Of a DNA stretch of 64,000 nucleotides, positions 47,495 through 58,705 are shown in pieces. The notes under the pieces are model-generated. The model searched no databases. It saw nothing but the letters and a program-made list of their open reading frames with translations, and was not told the origin of the DNA. The stretch is from positions 248,001-312,000 of the forward strand of contig NIVC01000359.1 of NCBI GenBank assembly GCA_002269645.1, in the 5' to 3' direction. Made by a program: the position numbers and the translations under genes. This stretch comes from Macrostomum lignano. Its lineage: Eukaryota. The number at the start of each line of letters is the position of its first letter. Position 1 is the first letter of the stretch.

Positions 47495-49673
47495 TACATC
47501 TTGTTAATTTTTTATCTATTATTTTCAAAATTTATTTTAATAGCCACTTTTATGTAGCTATATACAGCAAGGGGGCCACAGCCTCCCCAATTGCCTAGAT
47601 AGTATCCCTTTCTATTCTTTTTTTTCTAGCCTAGGTTACTTTTGACCAACTATTAAATCAATGAAATAATAACTGATAAACAATATCACAAATATAATCT
47701 ACAATCAAATTCAAACTATAAAAGCAAAAGTAGCTAGGCCTAGTTTTTTTATTGATTTTCCTTAATGACAAATAGCCTCCTAATAGAAAATCTAACTTAT
47801 GTATACCAATGATTGCAATAATTGACAAATTTATAGGTAAAGCAGTATAATCTTTTTTATTTTTGTGAAAATTCCACTGTTACCTCTGAAACGAATAGGC
47901 CTAAGTCTACCTTTAAATTAATTATAATATATTTATAAGTTATACTAACATTACAAATAAATGTATTGACTTTCTAAATAAAATTTTAAAAATGACATGC
48001 TAATACAAGGCTATGCTTATAGATATAATGATCAAGTTTTTAATGGCAGTGGCAAATGGCTTATGCCAAGGCCATGGTCCAGATCATGGCAGGCATACAC
48101 TTAAATGAAAATTCATGTTTTTTCAATTTTATGCCAATATAAAATTAAAAAAAATTATACCAAGTTTAGAGTTGCTTGCATGGAATTTTTTTAAATAATA
48201 TATATTAATATAAAAAAACAGTTTTTTAAACTTTGCCATAGCGGTTTTTTGCTAAAAACTAATATTCTTTGTTTTAATTTTGTTTTTTTTTGTAAATTTC
48301 ATTAATTCTATTTTAGTTTTCAATTATATTTAAAAGAGCTTTTACTGGTTGATATTTAATTACACAATTATATTAGCCCTCACATGATAGCTATTTTTTG
48401 TATGCTGACTGTGTATACTTCATGTTGAACCTGAAAATTCTATACGACTATATGCCAAGTGTATGCCACGATTGTCAGCAAAAACAAAAATATGCTAGAA
48501 TTTTCTGGCATAAAGGCTACCTTCTGGACTATGGTGCCAAGGGCCAAGGCTTAGACTAAATTTTATCTATGTAAAATGAATATGAAGCAACTAATTAGGC
48601 TCTATGTCTATAGGTATTAGAATTTATAGAATTAAATATTCAATAATTTATTAGATACAATAATATAACTATGCTATTACAATAGTAGGCCTAGCCCTAT
48701 AGACTAATAATAAGTACAAATGCAACTTAAGGACTAGGGCCTACTCTCAAGTCCCAAGTAGGATATGGGAAACTTTGTATCTTGGAAAATTTAGAGGCAG
48801 GTTTTAAAAAATATATACTAGGGCCTATGGATAAGGCCTATAGAAAGTTTCCATTTGTTAGCAAAAAAATTGTTTTTGCTTTCGATAGGAGGCAGACTCA
48901 ATGTTCATCTTTTGATAGGTTATGCCTTTTTTATAGCTCTACTGATATTGATAAAGTTTTTTGTTTAAAAAACTAGGATTCTTAGATTCTATGCTTATTT
49001 ATTATTCTACATACTTGAGTAGTCCTTGGTACGATTATGAGTATAAGTTGAGTAGGCCTAAATTCCACAAGAAGCAATGATATTGCAAAGGAAAATGAGA
49101 ATCACAAAGCTAGGCATAATTAACAAGATTTGAGTTACCGGAATGTAGCATTAGCACATTAATTTTGTTTTTTTAACATCTAGTCCTATTTCGACAACAG
49201 CTTTCTTAGCAAAATGTCGTTATAATTTAAATGGCTGGCTATGTTGCTGCCCTGGGCCCTGGCCTGGATCTTCTATGCGGTTTTCTTATCAGACAAGGCG
49301 AGACACAATTGGTAGATATCGTAAATATTAGATCGATCGCAACAACATGCTCGCAGTCGCGCGATCATTTTGAATTCTATTTGAAAATAGAACTTTTAGT
49401 GTTTTTGCAATAAAACAAATTTAGTGCAGTTTTAGAATTCAAAAATTTAGTAGAAATTTGCTTTACTTGTCAGTTTTTGGTTTAGTTATGGAATCGAATG
49501 GAACTATGATAGTAATTATATACTATGAAAGCTCGATATTTACGAAGCAAGTATATGATGCAACTGAAAACTGATGTACATGTAATCAATGATCATGAAT
49601 CAGGGGCGTCGCCATCCGTGGACATTAAAAGCTAGGGAGGGGGGGCTAGACTTACTTCTTGACTTGACTTAGC

Positions 49674-50030
49674 TGTTAGGACTGTCCCGAAGGGGACACA
49701 CCGGAAAGGCGCGGCCGGACGCCACACTCCGCTAATCCCTGAACGGCCAACGCGTCACTATGGACGAAGGGTTTGTGCCGCCCAGGAAGGTCCCCCAGTG
49801 TCGCCAGCAATGTTGCTCTCTAGAAGGGAGAGTTCAACCCTGCGATTTTTGGTTTTGCACTCTTCATGCAGCTGCATGGTGTACGTGGTAAATAAGGCCG
49901 AGGTAAAGTGGAGTCTTGCTCGCATGAAGGCAGGACAGATGCTTACAAAAACTGCAGATAGCGTTGGTGGTATTGCCCTGCAGGTATACTGGTGTCTAGA
50001 GAAACAGCAGTGACATGGTGACAGCCCGGA
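49674..50030 (+). mobile_element. Candidate about 340-bp LTR followed by a PBS-like motif
   Basis: tgttag (49674) ... tgaca (50015) followed directly by TGGTGACAGC; no partner LTR found. Confidence 0.35.
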
Positions 50031-50417
50031 TGCCTGATCTTCTCGATAGGCGCAAGATCGAGGATCGTTTCCGGAGCTGATCGATGAGCGTTGAGGGACA
50101 GCGCATCTGGATTGCCTGCAGGTAGTGCAGTTCGCCCTAGTTGAGCGGTGCTGGGTCCTGATCCACGCCTTGATGCGCGAGTCGATGACTCAGCTGCTGG
50201 GAATCGGGACAGATGGGTTCGGGCCCGAGAGGAGCCGGAGGCGCCAACTTTTGCAAGGGTTAGGTTAATAAGGTTAATTTTGATGGTAGAGCCCATGAAA
50301 CATATTAAGAAGTTTGATACAATCAAGGACTGTAGCAGAGCAACTTAGCTCTGTTACAGGACTCGCCGCAACAGCAATTCTAGCTTGTCCAGTTGTCGCT
50401 GGGCGTACTCGATTGAC

Positions 50418-50930
50418 CTCGACAGTTGAGGACAGCAGCAGGGCGAGATCGTCGGCGTAGCCAAGCACGCTGAGCCGCCTCTCCGGTTGACGTCGACCCA
50501 CGCGTCGCCGCAACAGAAAGCCGTCATCGTTGGTAGGAAGAGCGATCCGCAGCACCCCAGTCAATCACCAGAACGAACAGGAACGGCGCAAGCGTATCTC
50601 CCTGAAGCACCCCGGAGGATGTCACAAAGAGGTCCGATGGGCCGTCCGGTGCTGAAACAGCAGCTTTCGTATACCGGTACATCGCCAGGATGGCGGAAAT
50701 CAACTGCTCTGGCACGTTGTACGCCTGGAGCACCTAATTTGGGACCACAGACCTGACGAGCGAGTCGAATGCCTTCTTGAAATCTATGAAGATAACAATC
50801 ATGATCGACTGGCGTATCCGCGCTTCCTTGATGACTCGGCGAAGAGCTAGGATTTGCGTCACTGTGCCGCGAACGGCCGGAAGCCGTTCTGCTCAGAACG
50901 CAAGTACGGATCCAGCCGGGCTGAGCCTCA
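50418..50930 (-). mobile_element. RTE-like RT fragment (same family as 45879-47494)
   Basis: IDFKKAFDS, LQAYNVPEQL, SSGVLQGDTLAPFLF, LSVLGYADDLAL on the minus strand. Confidence 0.85.
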
Positions 50931-51390
50931 AAGCAGCCTCAGAAGAGCTTGAATTGAGACCTATCCAGTACAACCTCCGGAAAGAGGCTACATCTCTGAG
51001 GGAAACGAATACCAATTGGTAAACCTTTGTTGAAGCCTTAATCGTTATTTGATTATTGAGAGCTGAGTCGTTACCGGCCGTTATTGATCAGGTTAATTTT
51101 TATGAGTTATTGAAATTGAGGCCTCCCTGTTCCTAAGGGATTTGATAGTATCCACTGGACCGATTCCGATACTCTTATACGATTATTGATTTTAATAGCT
51201 TTTGGGTACCCAAGAGTAACAAATAGCTGGGCAAAAGACTCCGATTCCGTTACTTCTAGAAGAAGACGCCCTTTCTAGAGACCTCGATCGTTATTGTAAG
51301 TGTTCACTAAATTCTATTCCCACACTTGCAGTTTGAAAGTGGGTATTCGTGCGCTTAGACACTATAGACTTAATTCTCTCTCTCTCTCTC

Positions 51391-51880
51391 CGGATTCTGT
51401 TTGCGCGGTTGCAGCCTGTGCTGGACCCGTTTCTGCGCCCCAACCAGAATGGGTTCCGGCCGCAATGTGGTGCAGTGACGCAGATTCTCGCCCTCCGCCG
51501 TATCATCGAGGAGGCAGTCAAGCCTTGTTGTCGACTTCGTTGACTTCCAAGGCTTTCCCCTCGGTGGCGCGCTGCCTCTCGTGCTCCGAGCCTACAATGT
51601 GCCATCATGGCGACGTACCAGGACACGACGGCTGCGGTGATGACGGCCTGTCGGACCAGTTCAGCAAGTCTTCAGGAGTGTTGCAAGGGGACATTCTGTC
51701 GCCCTTTTTGTTCGTGCTGGCACTAGACTGGGTGCTAAGGACCGGACTGCCCAACTCGGACGACGACTTCCTGCTGGGAAGACGGACAAGTCGGCGGCAC
51801 CCGGAGAAGCGGCTCTGCGTGCTCGGCTACGCGAATGACCTCGCGCTGCTTTCCCCGACGGCCGAAGGCGCCCAACGGCT
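51391..51880 (+). mobile_element. RTE-like RT fragment (same family, more diverged)
   Basis: RLQPVLDPFLRPNQNGFRP, SSGVLQGDILSPFLF, LGYANDLAL. Confidence 0.85.
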
Positions 51881-52364
51881 CGCTACATTCACAGACTGTT
51901 AATGGACGCTATACCGACTCAGGAAACTCAATGTTTATCCGTACTTTGGAAAAATAAACGGATCAACTGAAAAAAATGATAGCGCCCCTGACCAGGCGGG
52001 CCTGTGTGACTTTTTGAGCGACCTAACACATCGGCGTGCTATCTGACTCCCCCCCTTCTGCCCACTTCGTGTGGTCGGTGGGAGGAGTTCTTTGTTGTTG
52101 GTTTTGTTATTTTTTAGTACGTGGTTTGAACTGCATGTTTCAATCGTAATTAAGTAAGGATGCAATTTATAAATAATTTTTTTCTCTCCTGGCTTCCTGG
52201 GTCAGCCAGGCCGGCAAGTGTATGATGTGTCTGACTGTATCGCAGCGAATAGGAGAGCTGCTTGTATGGGAAAAGCAGAATAAAGTTTGGTGTTTTTTTC
52301 GTTGGTTTGTCGCGCATTTTATGTCTGCCTGCCGAGAGGCATTCTGACAATTCAGTGTCAGAAA

Positions 52365-52446
52365 GTTCGGGGTTAGGTTGGGGTCGGGTCGGGCTTTGGT
52401 ACCCAGTTCGGGGTTTAGGGTAAGGGGTACCGGGTTCGGGGTTAAG
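52365..52446. repeat. Degenerate telomere-like (GGGTTA-like) tract
   Basis: gttcggggttaggttggggtcggg...ggggtttagggtaagggg...ggggttaagg, preceded by the hairpin ttctgaca-attcag-tgtcagaa. Confidence 0.55.
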
Positions 52447-54700
52447 GTGAATTCAGAGTTTGGGATTTCAGCCTCGTAGGAGTACTTTCGCGGTTGCAGA
52501 GCATGAGGCTTGTGTTAGAGATGAGGGCCAGAAGCTCCTCTCCTCTGGTATTTGGTGTCTTTGCTGCCCCAGTGGTGCCAATGGTATGCATTGAGGTCGC
52601 CCCCAGGCACAACTCAGCGTTCTGGGATTCGCAGTACTGCGCAGGGCGTAGCACGCAGACTCTCGGATGTAGGGTTTTTTCACCTTGAATATAGATCGAG
52701 ACAACGATCGGCACGTACGCGGAGAGAGATGGTTAGATTGGGTGGCACAGAGGTCTCCATCTGAGAGATCAGGAGTCCTCAGTCAAGCCTGGAAATGGCT
52801 GGCAGCGAGGTTGGCCGCTCTTGGGCGACTGTTCCTCGGGCCACACAAAAATCAGAGTAGTCAGAAGGAACATTGACAGGGCAACATTGGGCCCGTTGCG
52901 CATCCAGGGTTCCTGGATAAAGATAAGGTCTGGCCTGTACAGCTCATCAGATTTACTGACGCGAATAAGCAATGCTGTTAATTTATTTGCAGACAGAATT
53001 TCGCTCCTTTAGCAGCTTAGCTTAGCCATACTGTACTGAATGCAAGACTGGCTCGAGCTCTAGGCCATCAAGGAGACTTGGACAGCCTCGTCCCAGGCCT
53101 TGGGGCTTGACCGGGAGATGGCAGAGTTGGTCAACGTTCATGGTCTCCTCATCCCACCAACTCCCCTTCCCGGCAGAGTCCTCGGGCTCCGATGACAGGA
53201 TGGAGGGAGGTTTCCTCACCAGCATCTTTGCCCTCAGACCCCACGAGAGTGGCCGAGGAGAGCTCGGATTCTGAAGACCCGGCCTCGTCCTCGACTCCTT
53301 CTCCGGCTGGCAGGTTCGGTTCCCGGGGCTTGGCCGGAGCCGTCGCCGTAGTCGCCGACTTGCTGCTAACAGAGGGGCGAGGCGCAGCATCGACTTTGGG
53401 ATTGGCTTGCGCCTTTCCTTGGGCCTCAGACTGCGCCCCGCTCTTGCCGGGGTTGGCAGTAGCCTTCCCTTTGACAGACTTTCCTCGGCGCAGCTTGAGG
53501 GTACCTAGTTGGAAAGAAGATTCATTAGGGTACCGACTCGCCCAAGCGTTGGAAAGGCCGAGGACGATTGAATTGCCCGTTTCCCCCTGCGGACCTTGCG
53601 GTGGTACACCAGTCCACTAGCAGGGAGATCGGGATTCAGGCGCAGTAGGACCCGGCGGACAACGTCTGGTCCAGCTATGGTGCTCTTGATAGGGAAAAAA
53701 CCACGTTGGGTATTGTCTTTGGACTCTGGCCTCCGCGAAAAAAAAGCTAGCTCTGTCGATGTCAGCATCTAAGGAGACCGTCGGCAGCTGCTGAGCGTCC
53801 TCCTCACTGCTAGAAGCAATAAAAACTAATGTGCTTCATAGCACCATCCGCTCAATGCCGATGGAGATTCCCTCCTCTACAGCTAGTCAGCCCAATCAGT
53901 TAGGATCGAGTGAACAGCACTCCACGCTTTTTGCAGGGAGCTGATCGGTAGTTTGATCAGTAGTCCAGAGACTATCAGCTCCTGATCAGTAGTCCTGGTC
54001 GCGACCCTTGGTGATCCTCCCGGGATTCTGGCCTTGGCCTTTGCCGCAAAAGTACATGTAGCTCCTGAAGGAACCTTCTTGTTGGCAGTGACCATTTTTG
54101 CGCCGTGGCACCCGCAGTTTTTCGCAGTTTTTCGGCCCCAGCACCAGCAGCTTCCAATTGTTAAGCCATCCGCTTGGCGCGTTGCTTAGCGAGTTTGCGC
54201 TCAAGCCGAACCCGTTGAACTTCGTCGGATCTGCCAGACTTTGCCGTTCCCTTAGGCACAGAGCTCACGGTTACCTTTTGATCCACCAGCAGAGCGGGCA
54301 GTAGGCCAAAAGAACCCTCAAGGCTGCATGGCCTGACACCAGGAGGGGGAGCGCTAGCGACCGGACTACTCCCCGGCCTTCCAGCCCATCGGCATGGTCA
54401 AACACCTTCAAGGCGTTAGAGGGTACGTTAAGCAGTACCACGGACTGCGGACTTGCGAGCCAGACCAGCATACCTAAGCCCGGCAAAAGCCACTGGATGG
54501 TAGCCAGAGCTCAGGCTCTCCGGCAGCACTAGGGTCTGCCTTGAACACTCGCGGGGACGGGTACCCCTGGATCGACTTGCGAGACAGCGTGGGGGGTGCA
54601 AGTCTGCGGCTTCTAGAGGCAAATAGAGGGTGCAGATCTCCACCAGCCTTTTACCTGCTGAAAATAGGGGAAGGCGTTGTCGCATCGCAGACCTTAGTTC
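52442..54700 (-). mobile_element. 5' portion of a decayed non-LTR retrotransposon (ORF1 remnants plus APE endonuclease)
   Basis: PDLIFIQEPW and GGDLNAYHWHHWGSK...NTRGEELL...LCNRESTPT are APE motifs; upstream degenerate PPRC...GT...EC knuckle-like motif. The RT is absent, and more than one element may be present. Confidence 0.7.
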
Positions 54701-55417
54701 ACGTAGGCCTGGCCTGTCTCATACTGCCAATGCTTTGTCCCCCCCCACCCCACTTTGTGACCCGTTGTGGAAATCAATAATTTTGCTTCAGGGCGACAAA
54801 ATGAGTGGCTGCGGCGCTTAAATGAGTGCCTGCGGCGCCAAAATGAGCACTGACAACACCGATAGATTCATAAAATAATGTACATATAAGAATTTAGTCA
54901 TATGCATTCTTGGCTTTGTCCCACCATAAAATCACCACCATAAAATACGAAGTATATACTTCTCAAACTCTACCTCTAATGCCTACCATATATACGCGCA
55001 AAAACTCAAATTATACTACTGATCGCATAACATATCATCAGTAGGTAGGATATACTAAATTTGGATACCTGCAATAGCTACCTACTTCCAATGCCTACCA
55101 TATATATTCTCGCCAACTGTCGACTGCGTCAACCAATGACTTGGAGAAATAGTTTGTCGGGAGATTTTAAAGTGTTTCAAAGCAATTAAAACATCACGCT
55201 AGAAACTACATGATTTTATATTGCAATAACTGCATACCAACTGGAGATCATAGCTTAGCTTTACGAGTACATCATGTACTGAAACCTGCTTTGTTTATAA
55301 AGTTTATAAAGTTTTCAAGCACATGTAATTAAAAACTTAACAATAACAACTAAATCTGATTTTGGCAAAGCATGATCATGCATAAGCCATGTCTTCATAA
55401 TAAGTGCTCATATAGAG

Positions 55418-55475
55418 CAGGGGTCGGCAAACCTTTTTACCTGAAGGGCCAAATAGAGAATCTAGCGCATGACTA
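55418..55475. mobile_element. Isolated hAT-type terminus
   Basis: caggggtcggcaaacctttt...gaagggcc is a classic hAT MITE left end; the partner end was not found. Confidence 0.5.
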
Positions 55476-55844
55476 CGGGCCATTGAGGAGGGGATCGAAA
55501 CAATAGAAAATAGGGTCGAAGGGAATAGAAAAGAGAGATTTATAGAGATCAAACACAGCATAGTGCATAGCAACAACAAAAACAGCTTAGAAAATAATGA
55601 AGACAGAGAAAAGCATCAGAAGAACGGTTCAATTAAAAGAAGATAAAATATGACAACGCTCGCAGTGAGGATAAAGGTGTCAAGGATTTGTGCCCAAAAA
55701 TTCGCACTTAGACAATGCAAAATTATTACGTCTTGCAAGTGCTTGTTTTTAAATTACCGCAGCTTAATAGGTGAATAACAGAAATGAACTGTAAAATTTA
55801 AACACCTACCAGGTAGCAATTAACATCAATAGGGATTTCCTTTC

Positions 55845-56207
55845 TCTCTAATCCAGTATCAGCTAATTCTCCAATCCAGTGTCTGCTAATTCTCTAATCC
55901 AGTGTCAGCTAATTCGCTAATCCAGTGTCAGCTAATTCTCTAATCCAGTGTCAGCTTATTCTCTAATCCAGTGTCAGCTTATTCGCTAATCCAGTGTCAG
56001 CTAATTCTCTAATCCAGTGTCAGCTAATTCGCTAATCCAGTGTCAGCTAATTTTCTAATCCAGTGTCAGCTAATTCGCTAATCCAGTGTCAGCTAATTCG
56101 CTAATCCAGTGTCAGCTAATTCGCTAATCCAGTGTCAGCTAATTCGCTAATCCAGTGTCAGCTAATTCTCTAATCCAGTGTCAGCTAATTCTCTAATCCA
56201 GTGTCAG
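55845..56207. repeat. 23-bp minisatellite, about 16 copies, just 3' of the GT32 gene
   Basis: Unit ctaattctctaatccagtgtcag. Confidence 0.95.
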
Positions 56208-56308
56208 TATTCTAGATGCAGTATTTTGCACACCTATTCACACGAATTGCAAAAGTCATCGGGAAAAATGCTAAATTAATAACAGAAAAGCTCATCAAAA
56301 AAGCTGTT

Positions 56309-57439
56309 CTAATAAAAATCAACGCCAAAGATCTTCTTGCCCTGTCGTACGCTACCAATATCAGCTTCGGAAGAGAATTTCAGCCTCTGATTCTCGAATC
56401 CGTAATGCAGAAATCCGTGATGCGTATAAGAATTCTTGCCAATCACTTGAATATCATTTTGCCAATTGATTTTATCCAGCATCGAGCAGGCCTCTCGAGC
56501 GTTGCTAGCCAAGCCGCCCCGGCTGCTGCATTTGGCGCGGAAATTCGGTATTCGAATTGGATCAATTTGCGGCATGAACAGGTACGGGTCGGCCACGGCG
56601 CAGCGGCAGCGAGGCTCGGACAGGCGGCATGGCGGCGACCTGACGAATTCGTTATAGACATTTTGCAGAAAGAATGGCCCAGTAGACTCCATCACGTTTG
56701 GCGAATGATGCGCGTACTTTGGCAGCGAGTTCACCACGAATTCCATGAACTGATGGCCGGGCGAGCTCAGCATGATGGCGTTCATGACGCTGCTGTTGAG
56801 GCCCCAGTAAAGTCTGGTGATCTCATAGCGCTCCTGGCTAAGGTAGCACAGCTCCTGGGTGCTGTTCAGCAGCGGACTGAGATCCCGCAGCCGCATCATG
56901 TCCATGTCGGCGTAGACTCCGCCATAGTGATGCAGCAGCATGTAGCGAATAGAGTCGGCCCGGTTCAAGTGCGCCTTGTAGCCTTTGAACATGGCCAGCA
57001 GGTGGGGATAGTGCTTGGCAACGAATTGCACGGATTTGGCATCGGTCCAGTAATAATAATCCAACGGAGGATTGTGCGGCAGCCAGCTCTTGACGAATGG
57101 CACATAGGTGGCCGGTATGGTGTCCGTGATCCAAGTCTGGTGCAAAATATACGGTATTCGATTCGAGCTGACTGGCGCCGAACTGCGACTACTATCCTCA
57201 GTCTTTGTTTTCATTATGGTCTTTGTTGGCGCCGCCTCGAGTCTGTTTACAGCAGGCGACGGGGCAAGGCTAACAAAGGTTCGGCGTACGATGTGTTCAA
57301 TTGCTTTGGCAACTACAAGCTTTTCGCCATTGACAACAGACGAATCGGACGGGCGGTGCAGTGTGTTGAATAGCCAGACAAAGCATAGCATTGTTAGCAG
57401 GAAACTGGCCGCCAACAAGCGGGACATGTGGAGTCGCAT
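56309..57439 (-). CDS. GT32-family (DxD) glycosyltransferase, OCH1/SUR1-like, type II membrane protein
   Basis: N-terminal anchor LLAASFLLTMLCFVWLF; IPYILHQTW, SWLPHNP...YYYWTD, RADSIRYMLLHHYGGVYADMD; uninterrupted 376-aa ORF. Confidence 0.9.
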   Translation of the reverse strand: MRLHMSRLLAASFLLTMLCFVWLFNTLHRPSDSSVVNGEKLVVAKAIEHIVRRTFVSLAPSPAVNRLEAAPTKTIMKTKTEDSSRSSAPVSSNRIPYILHQTWITDTIPATYVPFVKSWLPHNPPLDYYYWTDAKSVQFVAKHYPHLLAMFKGYKAHLNRADSIRYMLLHHYGGVYADMDMMRLRDLSPLLNSTQELCYLSQERYEITRLYWGLNSSVMNAIMLSSPGHQFMEFVVNSLPKYAHHSPNVMESTGPFFLQNVYNEFVRSPPCRLSEPRCRCAVADPYLFMPQIDPIRIPNFRAKCSSRGGLASNAREACSMLDKINWQNDIQVIGKNSYTHHGFLHYGFENQRLKFSSEADIGSVRQGKKIFGVDFY

Positions 57440-58705
57440 TCTGACAACTGCTTTGTGTCGATTGGTTTACAATTGATTGAATTCTTTGATTAATTAGTAA
57501 CGGCGGGTTCTGCAAAGAATTCGATACTCGTAATTATAGGTATCATGATACCTTTACATACTTGAGCATAAACATACACACTAACAGATAAGTATAATAT
57601 ATAATTATATAGCTATGAAATCATACATACAGCTTTTCTTAAGCAAAGTTAGACAGCTCGAAACTTCACAAGCTCAAAAATTTCACAAGCTTGAATCGAA
57701 ATAAGCCACTTAAAATGGGCCTATATAAGATCTTGGTTAAGCCCCAAGGTTTATCCCGATAAATAATCTCGGGACTAAGCTGTATATTATAATGATTAAT
57801 ATAGGTGAAAACAAAAGCAATGCAACAGAAAATGACAAAAAGGCTTACCAAATTTAGCACAGAATTGACTTGTGTTTATCGTATTTCCTCGCCCGAGCAA
57901 CTCCCCTGTCTCGCTTTCACACGCGGAGAGCTTTCTAGGAGTATAAAAGTATTGGCTCGCTATTTTCATGTCAAGTTAAGGCTGGGAGCTTGCCAGCTTG
58001 CTTGCGTCTTCTGCCCGGTTTGGACTAAAAACCCTCTGCCCCTGCATTGTACATGTACGCACTCATAGAGAGAGGGAGAGGGATGGGCCGGAGCGGACCC
58101 GAGTGTACATTGGAGCCAGTGCACACGAAGCAAGGCTAGGGTAATACAGCTAGAGATGACTGTACACTGACTGTACACCCACAAACCCTAAGTGGACATT
58201 CAACTCAGTCAGCGAAGCAAACAACACGCGGGCCGGTTACTTAGCCTTCCACTTTCCAATTTTTATTTGCCCTGTCAACCTAAGCATAAGCAAGCAGGCC
58301 TAGAAACAGGCCTATTGTTGGCCCAGTGAGTTGGTTTGAAATGTACAATCAATTAGGACTTTGCGTTTAATAATAGTGTGTGTAAAGCCACATCTTGCCA
58401 GCGTATCTGCGCCCAATCCAACGTCAATCACCTAGCCAGTATTTAATTTTTCAATTTCTCTAAAGAAAAAATTTGGTATTCTACTACTATTGTAGCTATA
58501 TGTCTGTTCCAATTATTTCTGATTGCTAAATTGTTCCGTGTGTTGACTAATTAATTTTCAGCATTCAGTTCAATTCATCTTCATTTATTGCTTGACAATA
58601 TTTTCTCACGCTTAGCCAAAAAATGCTTCCTTTCATTTTCGTTGCTTTTAGATTTTTTTCTGCGTACATCTTTAAAATAGTAAGCCCAGATTTTATTTTA
58701 CAGTA

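Noticed and set aside
5400-53000. CTGATGA/CTGACGA motifs as hammerhead ribozyme cores
   Set aside because: None inspected had the downstream GAAA and flanking stems in the right arrangement; several lie in coding remnants.
56216-57373. 385-aa + strand ORF
   Set aside because: Antisense shadow of the GC-rich GT32 gene, with no recognisable domain.
35165-57460. AG acceptors a few nt upstream of the ATG in ANKUB1, MRAS and GT32 as evidence of SL trans-splicing
   Set aside because: Equally explained by non-coding first exons (GT32 has a candidate upstream donor near 57848); no SL RNA gene was seen.
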